Source: Nemertoderma westbladi
Taxonomy: Eukaryota; Animalia; Xenacoelomorpha
Direction: 5' to 3'
Assembly (NCBI GenBank): GCA_032718475.1
Contig: JAUCBJ010008799.1
Location: 62,001-126,000, forward strand
Length of the DNA: 64,000 bases
The position numbers were made by a program, and so were the translations under genes. The notes below the pieces were generated by a model. It made no database searches. It saw only the letters and a program-made list of their open reading frames with translations, and was not told where the DNA came from. Positions 39,936 to 48,952 of the stretch are shown here, in pieces. Position 1 is the first letter of the stretch. Every line of letters begins with the position of its first letter.

Positions 39936-40545
39936 GTGAACTCCCATTTACACAGGTTTTTGAGTTATGTAGGCAAGCAAACACACCCGGATAATAGTAA
40001 CCGGTTACTAATGGAAGCAAATAGTTGGCAACAAAATGTATACAAACTTGTTGAGATACGTAATAGGATAAATAGCAAGTCTGGCTCTGCAACCAAGTTT
40101 GTTACTTATCGAACTGAGATGAATAAAGAATTACTACTTCACCCTGTATACCATAATTTGAAGCCATTTGTACCAGATTACATACGTGTATGGTTTACGA
40201 GAATTAGGGTCATCTCCCATAACCTAAGAATAGAGACGGGCAGGTGGTCAAGGACCCCTAGTGATCGAAGAGTCTGTGGTTGCAACAATAAATCGATACA
40301 AACAGAAGTACATGTGTTGCTAGAATGTCCGATCTCATTTGAGTTACGGGAGAGTCAATTTTTTCAAAGTAAATTAAATTTCTGCTCGCTAAACAGTTTA
40401 TTCTCTTGTGACGATTATTATGTGTTGTGTAATCATTGATTTATTTTGGACGCTAAGTGTATAATACAAAGTTATAGTTGTGTATTTTACAAACTTAATT
40501 ATCTGTGCCATTTAATGAAACTTAGAGTCAATAAACAAATAAACA
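39936..40545 (+). mobile_element. 3' end of a CR1/L2-group LINE
   Basis: HNLRIETGRW...RRVC.C...EVHVLLECP C-terminal motif and aataaacaaataaac tail. Confidence 0.75.
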
Positions 40546-40817
40546 TATATATATAATATAAAAATTTATTACGTTTACTATATTGGAATCCCTGTATTAT
40601 TTCTTTGTGTTACAACATTTTGGTACACGAATGAGCTAAATTGTGTCAAAGCACAGTGCAGTGGTGTTTAAACATAACATGTCAAACATCAAGGGTAACA
40701 ATGAAGTTGTAATCAATCATACTGTAGAACGAAAACCTAAGTAGTTCCGACCGATTAGGCAGCGATTAAAATTACTAAAACCTACAGATGATACAAACAT
40801 CCTGTACATACACTCAC

Positions 40818-41000
40818 CTTCCCCTTGTTGTGTGCGCATTTGAGAATATTCGTGTATTGGTAATCTGCAGTTAAATTCTCGTGAAGAGGTCTAAAGAAAT
40901 CATCGCCCCTAATTCTCCTGTATGATTGAATTCTTAGAAATGGGAAAATGAAGAAGTAGAACCAAGGCAAAAAAGGATTGGTGTTAAAATAAGTATTCAT
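40818..41000 (-). CDS. ABCC4-like transporter exon 1 (61 codons, lasso motif)
   Basis: MNTYFNTNPFLPWFYFFIFPFLRIQSYRRIRGDDFF resembles the ABCC lasso. AAG|GTGAGT phase-0 donor; near-identical exon in the paralogue at 9702-9520. Confidence 0.85.
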
Positions 41001-41153
41001 TGTTCCGAGTTCTGAAAGATACAATGGTTTAATAGATAACGTAGTTAATGTACCACAAAGTCCTATCTACCGCGGTGTTCGCTCTCACTACGAATGCTGG
41101 ACACTGAAATTAAACTAAAATGTCGGTTTCAGTTTGCCACTTAATTCAGTGAC

Positions 41154-41701
41154 TGTGACAGGATCCAGGAAGGATCCCGGTTTATCCGGTTGTTTAGTTC
41201 ACGCATCCCCGCCGTGTCTATGAAAGGTAAAAAGAGTTCGTGTCGTTCGTCGTATATAATGATCGGTTGTTCGGGTATATAGATATGAGTATAGATATAT
41301 AGATAATATTGTCGTATACAGAAGGCGGGATACGGTAATTAAAGTCCCGGTCCTTCCCTAGCTAAACTAACTAACCTAACTAGCACCAATATGATACTGA
41401 GATAACTGAACTGAAATTATTACTGCCAATTGGCTATATTGCACGGTTGGCCTTGTTACTCTACCTAATCGATGCCTTTCCCCCCTCTGATTGGTTGATA
41501 CCCTTGTTGGCGCCCTTTGGAGTGTTTCCGTTCACTCCACCTGTTCTCTCTGGGTTAGGGGTTTGGCCCCTGACCCTCATTGTGTTTCTCCTTCCCATTT
41601 TGTTGGGGTGACACGAGTTGGTGATTACCCAATCTCGTGGCCCCCAATATTGCTTATCGGCTTAACTTTATGGGGTGTTAGCGGGATTGAATAAGCTAAC
41701 A
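41154..41701 (-). repeat. 3' LTR (548 bp)
   Basis: Near-identical to 52224-52771; preceded on the minus strand by the PPT. Confidence 0.95.
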
Positions 41702-41723
41702 CTCCCCCCCATGCTATCTTCCC
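41702..41723 (-). promoter_or_regulatory. Polypurine tract (GGGAAGATAGCATGGGGGGGAG-like) abutting the 3' LTR
   Basis: G-rich run ending GAG directly before TGTTAG. Confidence 0.8.
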
Positions 41724-42417
41724 GGTGAGAAGATAGCATCCACCTTAAGTGCGCTATAATCCCGCTGGATCCCGATCTAGTATCGGGTGTGGGGTGGAAT
41801 TATTTTCTCTCGGAGCCGGCTTTCCAGGCCGCTCCCTATGGGTATGATAACGCTACCCTGCATGCCTGGCGTCTCATGTCGGGCCGATCGCGCTCACCTC
41901 TCACGCGACTTTTGTTTCCCCAACACTTTCGCCCTATCTCTTCTCCACTCTCACCCTAACTCTCTCATACCCTCGGACCTCCTCGTCCCTCACTCAGCCT
42001 CTTATTCTCCCCCCCCCCCCCCATACACTAGAATTGCGTCCGCACTCTCTCCGCACTTCGCACTATTACTCCGTCCCTCAACCCCACTTTGACTACCTCA
42101 TCCCTTCTGACGAATCTCCCCCCCTCTTGTGCCGTCGCACTCAAGAAGTGTGAAGTTGTCTGGTGTCTCGTCCATAGTGCCATAGTCAGTTATCCCCCCA
42201 GTCCCAGTAGCTAATTGAGAAAGGTTGTATGACTATAGTACTTACTCCGAACGATATGTATTTGTAGATTACTAATTACTACGTACGTACATACAAATTG
42301 CACTTATATGATTATTTGCATTAATTAAATTTGTACTTAATAGTTCGTACGTCCCACGCGGCGCCTTCCAGGCGTACCACGTCCAAGTCTCAGTTTCTCT
42401 CCCTCGGCCCTGGGAAC

Positions 42418-44964
42418 CTATCTGTTCCTCTGGGGATAGTTCCCCCTGGCGTCCTCTTCCCTGGGTCGTTTCTTGGTTACCACCGCTCCTCTGGGGTCCG
42501 CTTTCTGCTTTCGGACATTCGCCGCCACCTCCCTGCTGATTCCGGTTGTTGGCTCCTTGGGCGCTGGTGTTATTAGTGCCCGATATCGCTTCGCCGGTGG
42601 CCCCTCAGAGTGGCCCTGTTGTCTCCCTCTGGTGGCGTCCCATAGGATCATCTTCATTGCTCGCGGTACGTGCTCCGCCAAGAAATCCCTAAACTCCCCT
42701 CGGTTCTGTGGCGTCCACCTGTCCAAATATCTTTGTGTGTTCATCACTCCGGCATACGACGCCGCCGTTGCTACCTCTTGATAGGTAAACGGTAGCCTCC
42801 GCTTTATGATTTCCATGTGAGCCTCCTGATTGATAAGGAAGAAACCCCACTTGAACTCCTGGGCCTTCATGCGCTGGCGCGTCATGGCCCCGACGTCGGC
42901 CCACTCCTCGAATCTCCTGAACTTCTCTTCGTCGTCCATCCAGTCGCACTGGCGTCCGTAGTGTCCCCGAAAGTTGCACTTTGGACATCGGTTATGCAAC
43001 CGTGGACACGCCCCCATCCTGTGGCTCGGCTCTCGGCAGTAGAGACAAAAGGTTCCCTTTTGGAACCGGTACAAGCAGCTCCTTTCCTGGTGGGTCTGTC
43101 TCCCACAGTAGTCGCAGCCGAGTACCAATGTCTCCCGCCCCACGTCGTCTTTCGTCCCAAGCGATCTCCGCGGTCTGTGGAGTCGCTGGTAGGCGAACTT
43201 CTCCACGTTGGTGTCTCTGTCTACGTCGATCTCTCCGCCCCTCTCGGGCATCGTCTCCCCGAATACTATCCGTGGTGCCGTCCCCGGTTGCTCGCCCAAC
43301 CTGATAGTGCTCCCCGCGAAATCCATCGCCGGCTCCTCGTGCACCCAGGTCCGCTTGCCGGATCTGTTCCAGAAGGCCCTCGCCCCACTGGCCGTCACCA
43401 CCCTTCCGCCAACCCAGTCCGTGTCCGAGTGGCCTATCCTCTCGATGGGCGGCATCTCTCCGAACTCGTCGTCGTCGTCCTCCTCCTCTGGCAGTGGCTC
43501 CAACCCCGGTATCCCGATGGATCCACTATGTCCCTTCCCGCCTTGGCTCTCGCCCGTAGCTCTCCATCCCTCTAGCTCCCTTAACTTCCTTGGCGGTTGG
43601 TCGCCTTCGGCGCCCGCTGGTATGGGCATCGCTTGCAACCCCGACGTCGACTGTTTCGGTGATCCCACCGTCCATCCCAGTTCTCGCCCTAGAGACTCCC
43701 CCGAACTCCCTGACGAAGTCCAATGAAGCTCGTCTAAGCCTGCCTGTTCCTCGAAGCCGTAACTCTGTGTCCTGGCCTCCTCTTCCCTCTCCTCTGCTTC
43801 TATCCTCTCCCGTCTAGCGACTTCTTCCAGTCGCTTTGCTTCTCGTCTATCCGTTTCTAGCTGCTCCCATCTCTGATACGGCGTATCTGTCTCCCCGTCT
43901 ACCAGATGTCGGCTGTTGTAGTACACCGACTCGCCCTTCAGCCCCGGGTGGTCTACCAGACCGTCGAAGGCCATTTTAAAGGCTCTCCTGTAGCTTAGGG
44001 GTGATCCCGATAACAGAAATGCCGCTGGTTCCCTCTCGATAACCACGGTCATAAATAAGTTAAGCAAACTTATCATCATCCAATCTTCCTGCAGGATATA
44101 TCGCTTCTGATATACCTTTATCGCTCCTCTGCGGAATTGATATACCTCTTGCTTTCCCGGTCTCGCTCCCCACTTTAGCGAGTTCGCTAGTTCTGCTCCG
44201 TATTCTTCCCTGAACTTCCCCCAGTCCATCGGTTTGTGGCACACGAGCCCCAATAATTGGCCCATTGCCACCGCCCCGCATTGGCCTGTGTTTTCGACTA
44301 CCCCCAACCCATCCGGTGCCGTCATAGCCATAAAGACCTTCTGCATATCCAGGAGGTTGGTGGCGTCCGGACCGATGATTCTCTCCGCATCCTCGCGAAT
44401 CGCCGATCCTACTTTCGTCGTCGACTTCTCTCTTACCAAGACTTGTACCGCTTTCGGTAACCGGTTTAATTTCGGCCCGTCCTTCTTCCCATACGTTCCT
44501 AGATCGAATAAGAAGATGTCCCCATTTGGCGCGGCCAAATGTAGGAGTATGGTCCTGGCCGACCCCGCCGATCCTCGTCTCGAACCCGCCTCGTCTTCCA
44601 CGGTTCCCTCGTCGTCTAGGATCATATATCCTCCCCTGTTGACGGACTCTATGAATCTCTTCCAGTCCTTCCTCGGTGATTCCCTCGGGTACTTCGGAAT
44701 CCCGAACTTCGCCTCGTCCCCTTTCACCACGTAGTGGAAGTGTTGGAAGATCGCGTTGTCCAGCGACGGCGTCCCGTAGGTCCCGACCAGCCGCTGTTCG
44801 TGCATCTCCCGGAAGTGATCCTGCAGCGCTCGTGCCGCGTGACCCCTTTCCAACCTCTCGTAGTATCCTCTCGTCTTCTCTTCCGGATGCCTCTCGGTGA
44901 AATCCACCAGTATCTCCTTTCCTCCTGACTCCGCCTTTCTCTTTCTGATCAATTTGCTCGCCAT
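42418..44964 (-). CDS. Accessory ORF: DEDDy-like (WRN/EXD/Mut-7/RNase D fold) 3'-5' exonuclease, acidic disordered linker and three CCHC zinc knuckles (848 aa from ATG)
   Basis: ExoI YMILDDEG, then LLHLAAPNGDIFLFDL, LPKAVQVLV, ExoII KVGSAIREDAERI, LLDM, ExoIII QKRYILQED. Knuckles CDYCGRQTHQERSC, CLYCREPSHRMGAC, CPKCNFRGHYGRQC. No stops or frameshifts. Confidence 0.8.
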   Translation of the reverse strand: MASKLIRKRKAESGGKEILVDFTERHPEEKTRGYYERLERGHAARALQDHFREMHEQRLVGTYGTPSLDNAIFQHFHYVVKGDEAKFGIPKYPRESPRKDWKRFIESVNRGGYMILDDEGTVEDEAGSRRGSAGSARTILLHLAAPNGDIFLFDLGTYGKKDGPKLNRLPKAVQVLVREKSTTKVGSAIREDAERIIGPDATNLLDMQKVFMAMTAPDGLGVVENTGQCGAVAMGQLLGLVCHKPMDWGKFREEYGAELANSLKWGARPGKQEVYQFRRGAIKVYQKRYILQEDWMMISLLNLFMTVVIEREPAAFLLSGSPLSYRRAFKMAFDGLVDHPGLKGESVYYNSRHLVDGETDTPYQRWEQLETDRREAKRLEEVARRERIEAEEREEEARTQSYGFEEQAGLDELHWTSSGSSGESLGRELGWTVGSPKQSTSGLQAMPIPAGAEGDQPPRKLRELEGWRATGESQGGKGHSGSIGIPGLEPLPEEEDDDDEFGEMPPIERIGHSDTDWVGGRVVTASGARAFWNRSGKRTWVHEEPAMDFAGSTIRLGEQPGTAPRIVFGETMPERGGEIDVDRDTNVEKFAYQRLHRPRRSLGTKDDVGRETLVLGCDYCGRQTHQERSCLYRFQKGTFCLYCREPSHRMGACPRLHNRCPKCNFRGHYGRQCDWMDDEEKFRRFEEWADVGAMTRQRMKAQEFKWGFFLINQEAHMEIIKRRLPFTYQEVATAASYAGVMNTQRYLDRWTPQNRGEFRDFLAEHVPRAMKMILWDATRGRQQGHSEGPPAKRYRALITPAPKEPTTGISREVAANVRKQKADPRGAVVTKKRPREEDARGNYPQRNR

Positions 44965-45444
44965 TCCGAACACTCACTCGCTCACCTGCAAGGTGGTGCC
45001 TTACCAAGGCGCAATACAGATGAGTGATGTATCTAGGATGTTCTGTACGGTCCGATAATGGCCTATTCCTTACTTAACTGCGCCTTTTAGCCTAAATTAT
45101 TACTAATTAATTCTGAAGCTAGTAAATACACCCTAATTTCGATTTCTGTCCGTTACTTTTATTATGTTCCAGAATAACTTTCCTAGTGTTGCCATAATTT
45201 GTAACTTTCAGCCCTATTCTATTTATTTTTAGTTATTTTAATTCTACTGTCCTACTACTTACTATTGCCTATGGATTATTCTATTCTCTAATCCACATTC
45301 TGGCCTACTCTGTGGGCCTGTGCAGTACAGCAGTATGCGTCGTGTGGCCACACGATTTACCCAGCTGTACTCATATGCCCCCCTCTCGCTACTAACTGCT
45401 AACTAATATCTATATCTTATATACCCTTTTACCTCTTACTCTCT

Positions 45445-46120
45445 CTCTAACTAACGGTACTACGTACCCTCTAACTCTTTCTCTAACTAACGGTACTACG
45501 TACCCTCTAACTCTCTAACTAACTAACGGTACTACGTACCCTCTAACTCTTCTCTAACTAACGGTACTACGTACCCTCTAACTCTCTAACTAACTAACGG
45601 TACTACGTACCCTCTAACTCTTCTCTAACTAACGGTACTACGTACCCTCTAACTCTCTAACTAACTAACGGTACTACGTACCCTCTAACTCTCTCTAACT
45701 AACTAACGGTACTACGTACCCTCTAACTCTCTAACTAACTAACGGTACTACGTACCCTCTAACTCTTCTCTAACTAGCTAATGGTACTACGTACCCTCTA
45801 ACTCTCTAACTAACTAACGGTACTACGTACCCTCTAACTCTTCTCTAACTAACGGTACTACGTACCCTCTAACTCTCTAACTAACTAACGGTACTACGTA
45901 CCCTCTAACTCTTCTCTAACTAGCTACGGTACTACGTACCCTCTAACTCTCTAACTAACTAACGGTACTACGTACCCTCTAACTCTCTACTAACTAACGG
46001 TACTACGTACCCTCTAACTCTCTAACTAACTAGCGCTACTACGTACCCTCTTAACTAACTAACTAACGCTAGGTACTACCGTACCTCTTAACTAACTAAC
46101 TCTAGGTACTACGTACCTTC
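45445..46120. repeat. Tandem array of about 19 copies of a 35-39 bp unit containing the GGTAC-TAC-GTACC mini-hairpin
   Basis: ctaactaacGGTACTACGTACCctctaactct repeated; counted by eye. Confidence 0.9.
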
Positions 46121-46318
46121 TTACTGACTAACTTCTGCCTACTAACTGCGTACCTACTATGTACTATTATTTTATTTTTATTTTTATTTTTTATGTGTGG
46201 GAAGGGCGTCTCGCCCTCAATCCCACCCCCCTCAGTCCAAACTTGGACGACTAAACTCATGACTAACTCCACTAAGGTGCCCCTTCTAACAGACAGGTAA
46301 CACCTCTGCCCGCACCTT

Positions 46319-48952
46319 TTACGGATCTAACTCTTCCATCCCAGTCCAACCTATTGGACAACTCAGCGACCCAAGGGGTGATTCCTCCAGCAGGCAACTC
46401 TCCCACTGCCACCCTATAGGTCCTCTAATTCTTCGCTCCGCTCTCCTTGTCAATTCTGGTGGTCTTTTCTCCTGTCTTTGGAAATGCTGTCTGTTATTTA
46501 TGTTTCTGATCTCGTGGTCGTCCCTTGGCGGCAAAGTGCCACCCTTCAACGTGTCACCCGGCGGTATAATGCCGCCCCTGTTCTTCTCCTTAATCTTAGA
46601 TGCCACCTCTGCTGGCCTCCCCCTTAATATGTGTGCTGGCATTAAAGGCCTCGACGACCCCCGTTCGTCCTTCGGTATACACGATCTCTGCCCATGTAAT
46701 GCCCCTTCGCACTCTGTCAGTCCCGCGTGCGTCTGCAGCACGCCTCCTACTTTCCCGGCTCCTTTGTCCATCACACGCCCACCCACGGGCTTCTCAGCCC
46801 CTGGTCTGGTCGTCTCAAGTCTTCTCCCTTTCCATTTAGTCCTCCTGCTCGGCCTCCCCCTTGTCGGCATGCCTCCCAACCGGACCGGCATCTCTTCCGG
46901 ACACTCCTCCGGCCTGTCCCCCGGACATTTTGCCGTCCGCTCCTCTCCATCTCCATACCGATGCTTGCTGGGACTCTTGTTCCAACCCATCGTCTCTAGA
47001 TCTTCTGCATCCATGCCATTCTCCTCCGCCCACTCTCTTGGTGTTGCTTCCACTTCTAGCTGTCTACCACTATTGCCCATCTCTGGCCTCTCCTCTATCT
47101 CGTCGACAGTTCCTGGCACCATGCATCCTGAACTCTCAGACACATGGAATGGTATATTACTCTTAATTGGGCCTGTCAGTGTCCACCCGAATGGTGTTAA
47201 TATCGCCACCGGGTCACACTGCTTGTCTTCGCCGAAGACCGTTTGCATTCTTTCGTGGGCCGTTGGGCAGTCCATTCCTACTATGATGGATACCTTCCTA
47301 ACGTCCACGTCTGGGATTGAGAAGTCAATGTCGTCCAGGAATTTATATTGCTCGACCTCGATGTTGGTTGGCCGCCTGGCATTGATATTAATTGACTCTA
47401 TCACTTGGATGGGGTCGATGGTTGCCCCATAGTCGCATCCCGGTGCCACTGCTGCAATTGCGCACCGTCCTGTTCTCATCTCCAGGATCTCATCTTTGCT
47501 AGAGATGGTTGTTACCGCCATTCTGCTTGGCCTCGTTCTCAATCCTATCTCTTCGGCCACCCATTCCTCGACTAATGTGAAGGCAGCTCCACTATCAACC
47601 AGCATTAGTGTTGTTACTGATCGATTGCCTTCCCCAATCACTCGCACGGGTACTACTCCAAGTAACACCGTTCCTCTCTTCTTCGCCCCTACTGTGCTCG
47701 TTGCCATCGTTTGGCCTCTCCTTTGACCAAACTTGACCGGCTTCTCCTTGCATTCCCTTGCTCTATGTCCACTCATCACACATCGCGAGCAGATTTTATT
47801 GCTCAACGCATAATCTATCTGATCTTGCCTAGGTAGCGCCTGCCAGTACCTGCAGTTCATGGTTTGATGAAGCGCATTTGCGTGTAGCTGGCATTTGCTC
47901 TTTGGGTCGTAGCCCTCCTTATACAGCGCATTGCGTATCGCAGCTGCGTTTGTACCAAAGTCCCTACTATTCTTATTGTTTGGATTCGGCCTACTGGACG
48001 TACTGGGGTTATATTTATTCGTGTTGTTATTGTTCCCCTGTCCGTTCCATGGTGTTGTCTTATCTTCGGCTAGCTGTGGACTTGCAGTCCCCTGCGTCGC
48101 TGCATATGGCAATGATTGCCTGAGCCTCGGTAATGCGTTTGATGTATTGTGCTCTGGTTTCGGTCTATGGTAATCCGTCTTCGGTCCCTTTCCCAGGCTA
48201 TCTTCGCTATAGACTGGGTCAGTTATTAGTTCAGCCTCGTAGTTTAAGAAGTTTGACATTTCTTCTAAACCCGGTTCCGCACCCTTCTTGTCTCGAGTGG
48301 AGAAAGCGATCTTCCTCCACTTGTTGCGCAGCCAGTTCGGTAGTGCCTGCGCTATCGTGGTGATGTTATTGGACGCGTTGAGCTCGTATGGCGCGTCTAG
48401 CGTCTTCAGCACGATTAGCGCCTTTTCGACTTTGTTAGCGAACGTCTTAATGCTAACGGGATTATCCTGTAGGCCACCCGATGTTATGCCTCTCAGTGTC
48501 TGTCTGATGATCTTGGCCGGGTGCCCGTATTCCCTGTCCAGTGCCCGCCATGCTGTCGTGAAGCCGCCCTCTATTCCTTGATATTGCCTCACGATATCGT
48601 ATGCTGGGCCTCCCGTGTATACTTGCAGATACTTTAGGCACTCCGCCTGCGTCAAGTTTTTTGTTAGTATTTCGTTACTATACATGCGCCGAAACTGTAG
48701 ATATTCTTCCGGCCTACTCCCATCGAATTTGAATGGTTCCACGGGTGGTAACTCGATCCTCGTTTTCAACGCATCGATCAACGTGGCCATCCCCATCGCC
48801 TGCGCTTCCAATGGATTCGATGGGTGCTGTATAGTTTCTCCTGTCTGGTGCGGTTCGTCCGTCCTATTTCTTGATTTTCTTTGACTTGGGTATGTCATCG
48901 GGGGTAGCGGCCCCCTCCATATCTCTGTGTCACACGACCTATTTTCATCCAA
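46319..48952 (-). CDS. Bel/Pao gag core, zinc knuckles, aspartic protease and eroded pol remnant
   Basis: ELPPVEPFKFDG...YLQF (DUF1759-like), LPNWLRNKW, CSRCVMSGHRAREC, MLVDSGAAFTLV, PVAILTPFGWTLTGP. The tail has only traces of the integrase C-terminus (PLMPAHILRG, CLLEE). Confidence 0.85.
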   Translation of the reverse strand: MDENRSCDTEIWRGPLPPMTYPSQRKSRNRTDEPHQTGETIQHPSNPLEAQAMGMATLIDALKTRIELPPVEPFKFDGSRPEEYLQFRRMYSNEILTKNLTQAECLKYLQVYTGGPAYDIVRQYQGIEGGFTTAWRALDREYGHPAKIIRQTLRGITSGGLQDNPVSIKTFANKVEKALIVLKTLDAPYELNASNNITTIAQALPNWLRNKWRKIAFSTRDKKGAEPGLEEMSNFLNYEAELITDPVYSEDSLGKGPKTDYHRPKPEHNTSNALPRLRQSLPYAATQGTASPQLAEDKTTPWNGQGNNNNTNKYNPSTSSRPNPNNKNSRDFGTNAAAIRNALYKEGYDPKSKCQLHANALHQTMNCRYWQALPRQDQIDYALSNKICSRCVMSGHRARECKEKPVKFGQRRGQTMATSTVGAKKRGTVLLGVVPVRVIGEGNRSVTTLMLVDSGAAFTLVEEWVAEEIGLRTRPSRMAVTTISSKDEILEMRTGRCAIAAVAPGCDYGATIDPIQVIESININARRPTNIEVEQYKFLDDIDFSIPDVDVRKVSIIVGMDCPTAHERMQTVFGEDKQCDPVAILTPFGWTLTGPIKSNIPFHVSESSGCMVPGTVDEIEERPEMGNSGRQLEVEATPREWAEENGMDAEDLETMGWNKSPSKHRYGDGEERTAKCPGDRPEECPEEMPVRLGGMPTRGRPSRRTKWKGRRLETTRPGAEKPVGGRVMDKGAGKVGGVLQTHAGLTECEGALHGQRSCIPKDERGSSRPLMPAHILRGRPAEVASKIKEKNRGGIIPPGDTLKGGTLPPRDDHEIRNINNRQHFQRQEKRPPELTRRAERRIRGPIGWQWESCLLEESPLGSLSCPIGWTGMEELDP

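Noticed and set aside
42418-44973. env gene
   Set aside because: No signal peptide, furin site plus fusion peptide, or C-terminal TM anchor; motifs fit an exonuclease with zinc knuckles
45445-46120. CRISPR-like array (regular palindromic repeats)
   Set aside because: Linkers are near-identical low-complexity sequence rather than unique spacers; no cas genes; eukaryotic retrotransposon context
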